60,773 nt of DNA from positions 1 to 60,773 of the forward strand of contig JAQGDQ010000409.1 in the NCBI GenBank assembly GCA_030141605.1, in the 5' to 3' direction. This DNA is from Tubiluchus corallicola (taxonomy: Eukaryota; Animalia; Priapulida). Both the position numbers and the translations under genes were made by a program. Numbering within the stretch: position 1 is the first letter of the stretch; the number at the start of each line of letters is the position of its first letter. Below the pieces are notes generated by a model. That model searched no databases and was not told the origin of the DNA. It saw only the letters and a list, made by a program, of their open reading frames with translations. This document shows, in pieces, positions 51,901-60,622 of the stretch.

Positions 51901-54115
51901 AAGATCCTTCTAGTAAGTCATTCTGCTTTCGTACACTTAACCTCTGACCTGCAGCAACTGTGCATGCATAAAATGAAACTATCAAAAGGTTTATTCGATG
52001 AAAGTGAAACTGAAAGGAAAGTGCAATGGCAAACCGAAACAAAAATTTCATTCCTCCAATTATTGCATTTTCTGTTCAGTTTCATTTTCGTTGAAATCTA
52101 TTGTTTCATAGCCGAAACTCTGATAAATTTTGACACTATTTTTCTGCGATTTTAGTAATACATTATTTGTTCAGTTTACCTTTTGTTTTTTTTCCTATTT
52201 TTCCTAGCTGTTAAAAGCTGACCAAAAATCTTGGCTAAAATAGTTCAAATAAAGCAAGCATTTCCTCTAGTATGCATGTTAAAGCCAGCTTTTTATGGCA
52301 ATGTGACATATCTTCAGTGGTGTGAACTAGTGATAGGCGATACCACTTTTTTCAAGTAAACATGACTACCGATTACTTTTAGGCGGTAATCGATTACTGA
52401 GATTGCTTGGCGGCATCTGTTTCAAAATACGAGCAGCTAACACAAACCTGTGCTCACGGTGCATGTTAAAACTTTACTGAAGTTGTTGAAGTTGATGCTG
52501 CATGAGTTTTGTTTCTGAAAGTGTTTATGTCCGCGATTTACACATGTTGAAAATTATTTCAGACACATTTTGCATTCAATTTTTTACAGTTCGTTTAGTA
52601 TTAATTACTTAATAAAGTAATTGATACCAGAGAGTTGCGAAAAAGTAATCGATTACGCTCACCATGACTGTGAACTGGAAAGCTCCAAGGTGTCCAGGCA
52701 CAATAAACCGAAATATGAAAGCGTAATTTGAACAAAACCAAGCTTATTACATGTTCAATTTTATAATTCATGAAATACAGGTGACAAAAATATTAACAAA
52801 ATAAAATTTGTTTATTTTTTGGTGCAGCAAAGTAAGCAAACAAGCAAAAATAAATGTTTACTTATTTCAGTTTTTTTTAAGTTTTAATGAAAGTTGGTTT
52901 AGCGATTATGATTTCAGTTTGATTTCGATACGGCATCGGTTTCCTATGTTTCATAAATATCAGTTTTGGTTTTTGACTTCAGTTTTGGTAACATCCCTGA
53001 TAAAAAGTACAAACACAACTCAAATGGTCTACAGCGTGGAACCTATTATAATGTTCATAATTTCAAGCTGATATCGAAGAATCACTTACTGTTATGAGCA
53101 AAAGACAAAAATTCTTGCTTGGAATACAGTCATCTATCTAAAGAGGCCAACTAAATGCATTTTTAATTCAACCAAACATTTCAACACACTTATAATTTCA
53201 AATTAATTTGTTATACCATTAACTGTTTTGCCAATTGACAGCCACAAGAACAATCATGGCTCCTAGATGCTATGATAGATCAACCCGCCCTAAAACTTAA
53301 TTCTGGTCTAAACTAACTACTGAGTATTTATTAAACCCCAACTGATGCTAAAAAGCACAGTTTTCTATTTTGAAAAGTTTCAAACAATAATCGCGTTCAC
53401 AATTAGTCATATTCAATTCAATTCAACTTTATTTTTCTCAATAATAGTCAAAATTCGACATGATTGTTTTGGCATTTCAGTGTAACTGAGGAGTAGCGAA
53501 AGACCTGTTGGTCACTTGATCAGCTGCCCCTTATTAAAAAAAATACAAGTTTACTTACAAGCGCAGAAAATTTTTTAGGTGATTATCATACAAAAAACAT
53601 TACAGTATTAAAAATAAATTTGGAATTAGATTATACACTCAAGTAGCAGAAATGGTATTGTGTATGCCTAATCACTTAATCTAGTCAGAGTTTCAATAAG
53701 GCAACAAACTTAGTATTTCAAATACAACAAGAAACACAAATTCACATTTAAGGATGTGTTTTAACAAATTAACATTAACATTGTTTTATTTACGAAAGCT
53801 GCACTACTCCTAGTTCCATAGTTAACAGCCTCCAGACTCATACGTCAAGTGCTCGCTGCATTCAAACGACTTGTATGGATTATATGGTATTTTCAACTAT
53901 TTTCATTTGTAAGTGAGTTATTCTATTGCTGCAATACATTAAAACTTTACTATTTCCACCGACTCAGACAAAACATCATAACTTACTCGATCGTAAACAA
54001 TGTCGCACGCTATTGCCTTCAGATTTTCCATCGTGATCTCCCCAGCTATAGTGATTTGTCTCCAGTGAAGTCCTAGCTTCATGTCAAAAGTTCTTGAGCC
54101 TGATTCTAGTGCCAT
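2350..54115 (-). CDS. PRKD: Serine/threonine protein kinase D (PKD/PKCmu family), 14 coding exons, 3' part of kinase domain not in window
   Basis: Hand-spliced exons 53987-54115, 21198-21336, 20692-20823, 19444-19604, 15946-16065, 14917-15019, 12522-12614, 10610-10736, 8067-8190, 6935-7012, 4502-4757, 3724-3776, 3535-3607, 2350-2456 join in one open frame (1695 nt) with GT-AG sites. Domain order ULD-C1a-C1b-PH-kinase is diagnostic of PKD. Confidence 0.96.
2483..2762. repeat. 140-bp tandem duplication
   Basis: aagtctagtttcactg...ctttaagatgat starts at 2483 and 2623; copies appear identical. Confidence 0.95.
2857..3473. repeat. About 22-bp minisatellite, roughly 28 copies
   Basis: Unit tcttagtaaacataaacacgta with variants. 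Confidence 0.96.
3535..3607 (-). CDS. PRKD: PKD exon 13 (kinase glycine-rich loop)
   Basis: ttgtag|[24 protein letters not shown]|gtaatt; 73 nt. Confidence 0.96.
3724..3776 (-). CDS. PRKD: PKD exon 12 (PH-kinase linker)
   Basis: ttttag|[18 protein letters not shown]|gtaaat; 53 nt, phase 1 to 0. Confidence 0.9.
3891..4250. mobile_element. MITE family A
   Basis: Same TIRs and TA flanks; counterpart of 1532-1879. Confidence 0.88.
4502..4757 (-). CDS. PRKD: PKD exon 11 (PH domain end)
   Basis: ttttag|EIPLTDII...[18 protein letters not shown]...[15 protein letters not shown]|gtaagt; 256 nt. Confidence 0.95.
4915..5270. repeat. 39-bp minisatellite, 9 copies (inverted twin of 512-867)
   Basis: Reverse-complement units. 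Confidence 0.97.
6371..6882. mobile_element. Non-autonomous DNA transposon, Kolobok-like
   Basis: ttaa|AGGAAAACCGGACGATTG ... CAATCGTCCGATTTTCCT|ttttaa; TIR 17/18 match, TTAA-type flanks. Confidence 0.8.
6935..7012 (-). CDS. PRKD: PKD exon 10 (PH domain)
   Basis: ttacag|[26 protein letters not shown]|gtaatt; 78 nt. Confidence 0.95.
7265..7597. mobile_element. MITE family A, left end degraded
   Basis: Internal sequence collinear with 3891-4250; right TIR ggaactgtgaaaatact. Confidence 0.8.
8067..8190 (-). CDS. PRKD: PKD exon 9 (start of PH domain)
   Basis: [36 protein letters not shown]|gtgagt; 124 nt. Confidence 0.96.
8342..8744. mobile_element. hAT-like MITE
   Basis: TAGGGGTGAACAT...ATGCTCACCCTTA termini with subterminal ttcgaa/attcga motifs. 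Confidence 0.6.
9138..10609. repeat. 82-bp tandem array, about 18 copies
   Basis: Unit ctattgttgtgtcttatcttgcttgtaaac...agtaaatacaca; register recurs at 9461, 9871, 10281 (5 x 82). Confidence 0.97.
10610..10736 (-). CDS. PRKD: PKD exon 8 (acidic region)
   Basis: tactag|[27 protein letters not shown]...PPCT|gtgcgt; phase 1 to 2 fits both neighbours. Confidence 0.88.
10927..10998 (-). pseudogene. tRNA-derived sequence (SINE head or tRNA pseudogene)
   Basis: Minus strand: A box TAGCTTAAGTGG, B box GGTTCAAATC, CTGCAG in the anticodon position, downstream T run; acceptor stem does not pair. Confidence 0.6.
11859..12248. mobile_element. MITE family A
   Basis: agccttttcacagtttc...ggaactatgaaaaggtt with the same internal sequence. 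Confidence 0.85.
12522..12614 (-). CDS. PRKD: PKD exon 7 (C1b end)
   Basis: tttcag|[31 protein letters not shown]|gtttgt; 93 nt. Confidence 0.93.
13001..13365. mobile_element. hAT-like non-autonomous element, partial
   Basis: Starts CAGGGATGTTACCGAAA; interior similar to 52060-52730. Confidence 0.6.
13827..14482 (+). mobile_element. Deleted hAT transposon with C-terminal dimerisation-domain remnant
   Basis: ORF 13950-14192 [23 protein letters not shown]...[10 protein letters not shown]; termini CAGGGGCGGATT and degenerate tatccgctacag; 15-bp repeats at 14205-14290. Confidence 0.85.
14917..15019 (-). CDS. PRKD: PKD exon 6 (C1b first part)
   Basis: tttcag|[34 protein letters not shown]|gtgcta; 103 nt. 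Confidence 0.95.
15100..15403. repeat. Degenerate CAC/CACAC low-complexity tract
   Basis: Almost only C and A; source of spurious His/Thr ORFs. Confidence 0.9.
15946..16065 (-). CDS. PRKD: PKD exon 5 (C1a-C1b linker)
   Basis: ttttag|[40 protein letters not shown]|gtgaag; matches the PKD SWSGRPIWMEK-type motif. Confidence 0.93.
16280..16348 (+). pseudogene. 5S rRNA-derived fragment (likely part of a SINE)
   Basis: GAAGTTAAGCA...TGGnnAGTnnnTGGnTGGnnGACC...TGCTGTAGG follows the 3' half of metazoan 5S; about two-thirds identity without gaps over the internal control region, compared from memory. Confidence 0.55.
17387..17500. repeat. 38-bp tandem repeat, 3 copies
   Basis: Unit gatgtatgtgaacgcatgtcaattctgaactatcataa. 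Confidence 0.95.
18034..18161 (+). mobile_element. LINE 3' tail fragment
   Basis: Homologous to 37465-37620; ends aataaa + cttat repeats. Confidence 0.65.
19444..19604 (-). CDS. PRKD: PKD exon 4 (C1a end and linker)
   Basis: [26 protein letters not shown]...LITN; acceptor clear. Donor (gtacac) is weak but gives the phase 0 needed by exon 5. Confidence 0.88.
20692..20823 (-). CDS. PRKD: PKD exon 3 (C1a first part)
   Basis: [36 protein letters not shown]; ttgcag / gtaagg; 132 nt. Confidence 0.96.
20869..21244. repeat. About 190-bp diverged tandem duplication including the 3' end of PKD exon 2
   Basis: attagtatgcataaactcc... starts at about 20869 and 21061; 21013-21058 copies 21198-21243. Confidence 0.9.
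21198..21336 (-). CDS. PRKD: PKD exon 2 (ULD second half)
   Basis: tttgcag|[46 protein letters not shown]|gtgagt; 139 nt, phase 0 to 1. Confidence 0.93.
21771..22121 (+). mobile_element. pogo/Tc1-mariner-like MITE, right end missing
   Basis: Starts ta|cactcatacctcggttt; collinear with 58447-58872. Confidence 0.75.
22728..23410. repeat. 34-bp minisatellite, about 20 copies
   Basis: Unit agagatgacacttaattttaaaattgtaggtccc with internal palindrome aattttaaaatt. Confidence 0.97.
23490..23900. mobile_element. Degenerate hAT-like MITE
   Basis: CAGGGGCGTG start and gcctagggcg subterminal motifs at about 23526 and 23872. Confidence 0.45.
24030..24620 (+). mobile_element. Possible heavily decayed Crypton/tyrosine-recombinase remnant
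   Basis: Frameshifted fragments in the expected order: SK/NHQ, LAVN, KAGL, HSIRT. Weak by-eye match. Confidence 0.3.
27195..27811. repeat. 291-bp direct duplication (period 326) spanning the LINE 5' junction
   Basis: 27195-27485 matches 27521-27811 with few substitutions; 35-bp unrelated spacer. Confidence 0.93.
27765..30428 (+). mobile_element. 5'-truncated inactive non-LTR retrotransposon (CR1/L2 group), reverse transcriptase ORF2
   Basis: KPW, PDG, WKxANVxPIHK, [30 protein letters not shown] and C-terminal CxC...HxxxxCP motifs; stops at 28081 and 29091, frameshifts; no endonuclease domain. Confidence 0.93.
31428..31946 (+). mobile_element. Kolobok-like MITE family C
   Basis: aggaagacaggatga ... 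gggaccgggtttcct; collinear with three other copies. Confidence 0.8.
32428..32560. repeat. Degenerate (CT)n polypyrimidine tract
   Basis: About 130 nt of nearly pure C/T. Confidence 0.9.
33905..34432 (+). mobile_element. Decayed LINE reverse transcriptase fragment
   Basis: Two tandem GVxQxSxxGPL...ND motifs (about 81-bp duplication), FADDT, NPSKTK, KFLG remnants with frameshifts. Confidence 0.75.
34437..34966 (-). mobile_element. Kolobok-like MITE family C, reverse orientation
   Basis: ttaa|agtaaaaccggaccc ... tcatcctgtcttcct; abuts a LINE remnant. Confidence 0.82.
36334..36383 (+). promoter_or_regulatory. Cluster of four AGGTCA nuclear-receptor half-sites (DR5 + DR0)
   Basis: AGGTCA at 36334, 36361, 36372, 36378; motif match only. 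Confidence 0.25.
37170..37620 (+). mobile_element. LINE 3' end
   Basis: [10 protein letters not shown]...FKKVIK...LLSKY remnant, 3' UTR shared with 18034-18161, aataaa + (CTTAC)n tail. Confidence 0.7.
39511..40104 (+). mobile_element. Kolobok-like MITE family C, longest copy
   Basis: ttaa|aggaagacaggatga ... gggtcaggttttgct|tcaa. Confidence 0.85.
40170..40800. mobile_element. CpG-rich putative DNA transposon remnant
   Basis: Dense tcgc/gcga motifs after ttaa-gtcaggttttcacgg; no credible ORF; partner terminus not found. Confidence 0.35.
41265..41820. repeat. Degenerate G-rich minisatellite (about 32-38 bp)
   Basis: gataccattttgca core followed by ggtggggtagggtaggat variants; interrupted at about 41350-41515. 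Confidence 0.85.
42309..42322. promoter_or_regulatory. RFX X-box-like motif
   Basis: GTTGCCATGGTAAC, one mismatch from the palindrome GTTGCCATGGCAAC; motif match only. Confidence 0.3.
43060..43505. repeat. (ATTGT/ATTGC)n pentamer tract split by an AT-rich insert
   Basis: Pentamer runs at about 43060-43185 and 43420-43505. Confidence 0.8.
44466..44790. repeat. Minisatellite with embedded variable (CA)n, about 9 copies
   Basis: tcaatgccaggttcatgatgg + (ca)n. Confidence 0.95.
45400..46047 (+). mobile_element. LINE 3' remnant
   Basis: [16 protein letters not shown]...RLCPCG...EQILMSC C-terminal motif; aataaa + (CTA)n tail; (TA)n at 45935-46005. Confidence 0.75.
46226..46304. other. 79-bp near-perfect hairpin (mini-MITE with CACTG termini, or small-RNA precursor)
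   Basis: 46235-46259 pairs with 46271-46295 at 24/25; outer CACTG...CAGTG. Confidence 0.75.
47385..47814 (+). mobile_element. Kolobok-like MITE family C, internally deleted
   Basis: aaaagacaggatga ... gggtccggttttgtt|ttaa. Confidence 0.8.
47937..48432. repeat. Diverged direct repeat of about 175 bp (period about 320)
   Basis: ttattgttacaaaaccta...cccttcatgca at about 47937-48105 and 48256-48432. Confidence 0.8.
50677..51230 (-). mobile_element. L2-clade LINE 3' fragment
   Basis: [23 protein letters not shown]...[16 protein letters not shown]; 3' end gcgctatataaat + short repeats, typical of L2. Confidence 0.85.
51728..51991. mobile_element. MITE family A, internally deleted, same orientation as 1532-1879
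   Basis: Shares gatgatcgtgaaaaggtcaaaggttaagtgtaccagac...aatagtaacagttttaac; degraded TIRs. Confidence 0.78.
52000..52999. mobile_element. hAT-like non-autonomous element with nested MITE at about 52328-52665
   Basis: Ends TTTTGGTAACATCCCTG (complement of the 13001 terminus). Homology to 13050-13360 is interrupted by a gattac-rich insert. Confidence 0.6.
53987..54115 (-). CDS. PRKD: PKD coding exon 1 (start; first half of ubiquitin-like domain)
   Basis: AGT-ATG-G start context; [43 protein letters not shown] resembles the PKD ULD (QIGL...ACSIVDQK); ends at phase-0 GTAAGT donor matching the next exon. Confidence 0.85.
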
Positions 54116-56629
54116 ACTCTTCAAGTGAAAAAAGCTTAGAACAGAACACAAAATGCTCAACGCAACCCAAATATGGTCCAAAACATTATTGTTTAAATCG
54201 CGAACTTCAATCTGACATTAAAAGGTTAAAAGTTCTGTGAAATACAGTCAGTTGTTCATTGCGCATTTTTCTGAGACGTAACTTGCAGCTGCTTCTTCTT
54301 TTTTATTTGAAGGACGAAGTTGCCACCAGGTTAACAAATGCACAACGTGCCTTCCACTCGACCCAGTGCAGTAGTAGAACAAGAAAAAATTTTCAGTAAC
54401 AAATACCCAATAATTTGATTACTTTACTAAATTTATATAATAAGTATAAATTATTGCAACAAGCTGCAAACGTTTGCGGTTTTTAAAAATGACAGTTCTA
54501 ATAGCAATTTGTTATTTTCGCTGTAGACGGCAGACTAGATGCTACTAAACGGCAGCAATCAGAACAGAAGCAACAACGACATATTATGGTAAATCAAGAT
54601 TAGCACTATGTTTCATTATTGCCTTTGGGATGATGCCATTATTATCTTTATAGTTTTATTGGTGCCGTTTCCATCATCATATCATAAAGCTGATAGTTGT
54701 CCAGACACAGCATTCCAATGCACTTTGGCTTCAAGTCTCCCCAATTTTTATTTTAGAAGCTAAATAGTTAAAGATTACTCACCATAGTTAAATAGTCTTA
54801 AAGAATATTTTTATTGACAAACAAAAGATAGTTATTTTATTAGTGTATTTAAAGAATTTGCAATAAGTTTACTTCAAGCTCTGTAAATAAATCACGAGTG
54901 CCTGTGCGGGCGAGTAGAGGATGGTTCCATAATTTCATTAGCCTAGGAGCACAAAAGGTCATGATGCGGCCCTGATAATTATGTAGTATATTATTATTAT
55001 CTATAGTTCAACCGACTGTATTATTGAGACTGGATCCTGAACATTTCTTTATACAACATGACCTTATCTTCAGTATTATGTCAGATGCAGTGAGGTTCTT
55101 TTTGTGAGCACTTAACAAAACGATGTAGTCATAGTAGTAGTATGTGACTCATGACCATGTAGCTTTTCTTATTTTCAATAAGCGAGTTAACACTATTGCC
55201 AAGGCACTACTTACGTAACATGTCATTGTTGCCAGTAAAAGTAATCTGTATGAAGGTATACGTTTTGGTGTTTACAAACATGTCACAGCTACTGTTCTGT
55301 CATTGTCACAATCATCATCAATATAATGTCCTAACTCCTGAGTATTAGTTGTCTATATAATTATTAACCATAATCTTTTTTTGATCTTGGCTACATTGTT
55401 TTTATTTTCAGTAATTTATAACTGCAGGTAAATAAGACTTTTTTATATATGCTGGTCGGCAAACTCTAAAATATTCACACATGTATTTTTACTGTACAGC
55501 ACAGCATGTGTTCTTTATCCTCCACGTCCTTTTGCAAACAGAGAGGTGCTCCTCTCTGGGTAGCTTATTCCACCTTCTAACTGAGGATTGATCCTTTGTA
55601 CTATCAATTTTACATAGCAGTTGGCAATTAAAGCGGGGGTATTTGAAGTTTTGTATTGTTTTTGTTGCTGATTGCAATGCTTTAAGCAATGTTTGTCGCT
55701 CCTGATGTCGGATGTGTAGGGACTACGCTTTCATTATGATGAACAACTAGCTGGAGTAAATATGAAGAAATTTCACTTCATCAAGAAAGGAGTGCCACGA
55801 TCTTCACATAACTATTCTGCTGTCAGTGTCATTAACACCTATTAATCTAAAATTAAACTTTGCATTTCTATTTGCTTCAATGGGTCAATATCACCAGAAT
55901 AGTCTAGGGCGGAGTGGGCAAACTTGGAATTAGCGGCCAGCATTCTGCATCAGTCAAAGATTTCTTGTAATGCTATTTAATGTAATTCACGCGACAACAA
56001 ATCTGCCGTCAAGACAGTTAAACAGCAGGTAATCCAGCAAAAGATCTACGCCAGTGGCTTGTCAACATCACTTCTGAGCTGATGTTTCTCTATGTTATTA
56101 TTTTTATTTTAGAATTCTGCCTGCCTAATGTCTACATTAGATGTAATGCCTAATATGGGTTATTAATGATGATTATGAATATGAGAGTGGTAGCAGAAAG
56201 AACGTCCCGTGTTTTAGAATGTTTTTGAAAACAGTAGACTTTCTATAAAAAGTCCGGATCCTTTTACTTTAGTTGAACCTGTATGTTTATGTTATACGTA
56301 ATACTGAAGCTGAGCTATGGACAACAAAATTAAGCAGCTGGGAATTGACGCTTTTCAAAGACGTCTCTATTGTTTTTATTTTTTTTATTTAATAATATAT
56401 TTATTATTATGTGCACAAGATGCCAAGCCGCAAATGACCATTGGGGTACTCAAGAAGTAATTACTTGTTTAGAGCACATCTATAGAAAGTTGGGCCTCTT
56501 GCAGTTTAGACGTGTCCCCATGCAGCTACAACTGTCACGGCAATTCTTACCCTTCCGTAACCCTAACACCAAAAATGTTTTACAAGCCTAATGACTCGTT
56601 TTTAGGTAGGAATGTAGTATAACACTAAT

Positions 56630-56800
56630 AGACATAGACACTTTATTTATCTCCTCATTTACACCAGAATACAAGTAGACTATTATTGCTATAGTTATTA
56701 AGTAAAAAGGATAAATTAGGCATAAAGGAAAGAGTTAGGGGGGTGCAGGAGAAAGGGTAGCGAAAGACCAATTGCTCATCAAGTCAGCTACCCTTCTCAG
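56630..56800 (-). mobile_element. LINE-like 3' tail, related to 53412-53530
   Basis: Both have a short-repeat tail, ctttattt and a shared gtagcgaaagacc...tcagct(a/g)ccc stem-loop. Confidence 0.5.
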
Positions 56801-58446
56801 TTTAGTGTAACTTGTGAAAAAATTGTAGTGCTGCTAATTGAAAGGTGTAATATAATTATGAAGTAGGTTAAGAAAATCAACTGTTAACATAAATTTATGG
56901 GAGAAGAAATTAAACTTGAGAGCGAAATAACTAAATAGGCTATGCAACAAAGAAACATTAAAATAAAATGAGAAATATGAAATGATGATTAACAAAATAT
57001 GTAAAGCATTTAACTAACCGATTAAAACATAAAACAAACTAGAAAAAAGTCAGACCAAAAGAAAAAAATAAAACATAAATAATAAATCAGTGAAGGAAAC
57101 AAAATATGCATGATAAAATCAAACGTAATATAATGAAACAAAAATATGCAACAGTGTTTAATCAAATTATGTTAAGCATAATGATAAAGGACTTTGGAAC
57201 GCAAGAACTAGTGCAGAAAAATAGAGTAAACAAAATATGTAATGAAATATAATAGTATGTGACTAAATAGACAATATGGCTCAAAATAATATAATAACTC
57301 TTAATGAGGTGGCAAATAAAAAATCATACTCTGTCAGTTGATGCAGAATTTATTCTGTTGTATTAATGGGTAGTTTCATGGTGATCAATTGCGAATTTGT
57401 GGAGCTTCAGAATGAGTTTCGAAAGAGAAACAAGCTACAAATAGTGCTGATAGAGGACGCCACTGGAGGGAAACACAGAATCTGCATAATTTCAGATGTT
57501 TAGGTAAGTCGGAAGCCGTGCGATACTTTCCAGTAAGTTCACACTTTTTTTTAGTAAACCATTGCTTGTCTCTATGCTGTGGTGCAGCATTGTAAATAAA
57601 ATAAGTGCTTTCTTGAAAATCAGAAATGAAAATATTTTAGTAAAACTCCCAATCTTCGTTTGCTTTTGAACGCTAACACCAACTGCTAAATTTATTTTTT
57701 AAATAAAAAAAATTCAATTTATTTTTTTAAGTGTGAGGTAAATCGTTATACATCAGTGTGCAAACAAAAGATGCATCGTTCTGTTGGAGCTCTAGTTTCA
57801 GCGATATTTTTGATTTGGGCAATCTGGAAAAGCGTTAAAAAACCACTTAACGGCAAACTACCTGAAAATTGTTAGTTATCAAGTGGCGGAACAGAAAATG
57901 CAATGATGATTTGTATGATGTGTTAATGAAAAGCCCCTGGAGTCAAAGTCAAGCACTCAGTGCACTGATCGTTACACTACAGCTGTAGCTTGAATAATTT
58001 CACATTGTTTTTATCAGCGGACAGCCTACTTTTGTACTAAATATCAATTATTCACATTATCGCGAAACTGATGCATTTTGACGATACACGTATCATTACA
58101 AAGGGTATCACGATGCATCGATGTATCGTTACAGGCCTAGTGATGACAAGCTCTTGTCATTACAATTCCTATAACTTTTCTCTCCGCTCCGTTGAATATG
58201 ATCAGTTTAATTATTTAAGCATTTTGGCGTTATCCATTACCTTTGTAGTATTTGATATGTTCATTCACAGATTACTTTATGATTACATTTCTAGCGAACA
58301 GTACAGGATGCATTGAAATGTCCCATATTTTCGCAATAGATTACAACGTGTCTTGATCATAAAATGACTGAGTGGTCTGGTTCCCTAAAATACTGAACTT
58401 CTTAATAATAGGTCCTTTGTTCAAATATGTGCTCATTTGAAAAGTA

Positions 58447-58872
58447 CACTCATATCTCGGTTTGCCAGACCTTGCTGTTACGGATATCGGAAGAATTGGA
58501 CAAAATCTGGACCGTTAAAAAATCCCGCATACTACGGACACAGTCCGTTGTTTCGAAAGCAGACCGCTAGTTGGCGTGCTCTTACTTTATTCACATCACT
58601 ACATCAGTGTAACCAAGTGTATATTTCTATATATAAAAATGTAGAGTCAATTATGCAGAGTTATTTGAGTGAATTGCTGACAGTTTTTATATACTTTTGC
58701 ATAGGAGCGGTCGATACTAGATGTTTTTGAGACAATTAGGCGATTGATTCTGCATCACCGTGAGTTTTATACACGGTACCTACTGTATTAGCTTAGTATC
58801 GGTAAATGAGGACAATCGGCAAATTCGGACCGACGTCTACCTGCTTTTGTCCAGGAAACCGAGATATGAGTG
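58447..58872. mobile_element. pogo/Tc1-mariner-like MITE, complete
   Basis: TA|CACTCATATCTCGGTTT ... AAACCGAGATATGAGTG|TA; 17-bp perfect TIR and TA duplication. Confidence 0.88.
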
Positions 58873-59027
58873 TAATGAGTTTGTTTTACCACTACGTAAC
58901 ATGTAATATTAATAAGATTATGTAATAATTTTAAAATTTAGATTATAATTCTTTAACTAACTCTTTACCGTTTTTAAGGAATAGAAGTACAATTCCTTGA
59001 ATGTGCATAAATAGATAATCTATAACT

Positions 59028-59105
59028 ATGGAGTCAAAAGTAGACAAATCCTTACTAGATATACAAGATGAAAGTGAAGATTACATGAGCAATTTTCTTT
59101 TTGAG
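59028..59105 (+). CDS. PIH1D1: PIH1 domain-containing protein 1-like (R2TP subunit), first coding exon
   Basis: ACT-ATG-G start; MESKVDKSLLDIQDESEDYMSNFLFE|gtaagc, phase 0. Upstream acceptor ctaac...tttttaag at 58978. Confidence 0.75.
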
Positions 59106-60036
59106 GTAAGCATTCTTGAAAAATAAAGAATGTTTAATTAACTGGCTTGTTTGTGTTTAAGTTCTTCCGCTCTTTCGGTAATAGTCAGTGAAGTTATGTG
59201 ATGTGTAAACTGCACTCTAAATGGATAAAGCAATGAAAAGCTTTTCTAAATGAGGCATAAAAAATTTTTGTGTGTTTTTAGTAGAACAAAGAGCCCATCT
59301 AGTTTGTTGACCAACTTTAATCAGAGTTTTTTGTTATGCACTTTGATGTGTGGAGTTTAGTATTTGCTATGTTACATTTGATATATAAATTTATACATAG
59401 AACCCAGAGCCGCGCCGTTTCAACTGAGTTCCAGCCGGTTTATTTCTACAGTCAACCTAGCCGATAAGAAACCCAGCTTTAGTCACGCCAACCGCTCAGT
59501 GATGGGAGTCGAGCTAACCGACATTTTTGCCGGCTGCGAAGATTTTTGCTCTTGAGATAATCACATGACACTGCAAATCACTAGTTGAAATGTGGCAAAC
59601 ACATTACGGATTCGCGGTCAAAGTGTGCGTGTGCTGGCAGAGATAACCAAACTTTAGAAATTTTTGAACAAGAAAGCTATTCAATTCAAAATTAAACACA
59701 CAAACAGGCAATGTTGGACACACGTATGGGATCATTTTTTTGTTTTGGTATTGATTTTTCAGTAATCAAGATAAGACTCGGCAAGAGTTGGATTTAAATT
59801 ATATTTACAATATATCCATTGTTTTTTTCATAATAATAAAAAAATGATCTCTAATGCATTATTTGAGTTTGTACATCAGCTTTTTTATGTGTTTAAGCAA
59901 CACAAATTATTTGAAAAATTTGTCTCCATAATTTAACAGTTATCTAACAATTTGTCATTTATTAGTTAACAAAAATTCGTAGCTTTAGCTGATTTTTTCT
60001 TTAAACCAACTCAGCTGTAAAGTCAGGCAACCTGAA

Positions 60037-60458
60037 CTGAGCTAGCTGATTTACTGAGTGGGCCAGCTGATGTAGTAGCAACTGACTCAGGTTCAGCCAA
60101 GCTAGCTGATTTACTGAGTGAGTCAGCTGTTGTAGTAGCAACTGTCTCAGCTTCAGCCGAGCTAGCTGATTTACTGTGTGAGTCAGCCAATGTAGTAGCA
60201 ACTGACTTAGCTTCAGTCGAGCTAGCTGATTTACTGAGTGAGTCAGCTGTTGTAGTAGCAACTGACTCCGCTTCAGTCGAGCTAGCTGATTTATTGAGTG
60301 AGTCAGCTGTTGTAGTAGCAACTGACTCCGCTTCAGCCGAGCTAGCTGATTTACTGAGTGAGTCAGCTGATGTAGTAGCAGCTGACTCAGCTTCAGCCGA
60401 GCTAGTTGATTTACTATGTAAGTCAGCTGATGAAGTAGCAACTGACTCAGCTTCAGCC
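60037..60458. repeat. 60-bp tandem repeat, 7 copies, in PIH1D1-like intron
   Basis: Unit gctagctgatttactgagtgagtcagctgttgtagtagcaactgactcagcttcagccga. Confidence 0.96.
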
Positions 60459-60622
60459 TTTATTTATACATCAATAAAAAGTAACAGCAAGATTATGTAC
60501 AAAGGTTGTACCTACGACTGTGTGCTGTGGATGACACAAGAAACGAAATCCTTGATCAAGTCACTGCCTGTCATCACTTAATGCATCAATACTTATTTTA
60601 ATCAGCTGTTCCTATTTTTTAG

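Noticed and set aside
54116-54181. Hydrophobic N-terminal extension of PKD exon 1 from the ORF track
   Set aside because: Begins at TTG, not ATG; the ATG at 54115 has good context and directly precedes the ULD.
59028-59105. GPATCH11-like start (EDYMS)
   Set aside because: Only a 5-residue match; the next in-phase exon is clearly PIH1 domain.
60001-60581. Leu/Gln-rich 146-aa and Ser/Ala-rich 95-aa ORFs
   Set aside because: They arise from the 60-bp repeat inside an intron and lack ATG starts.
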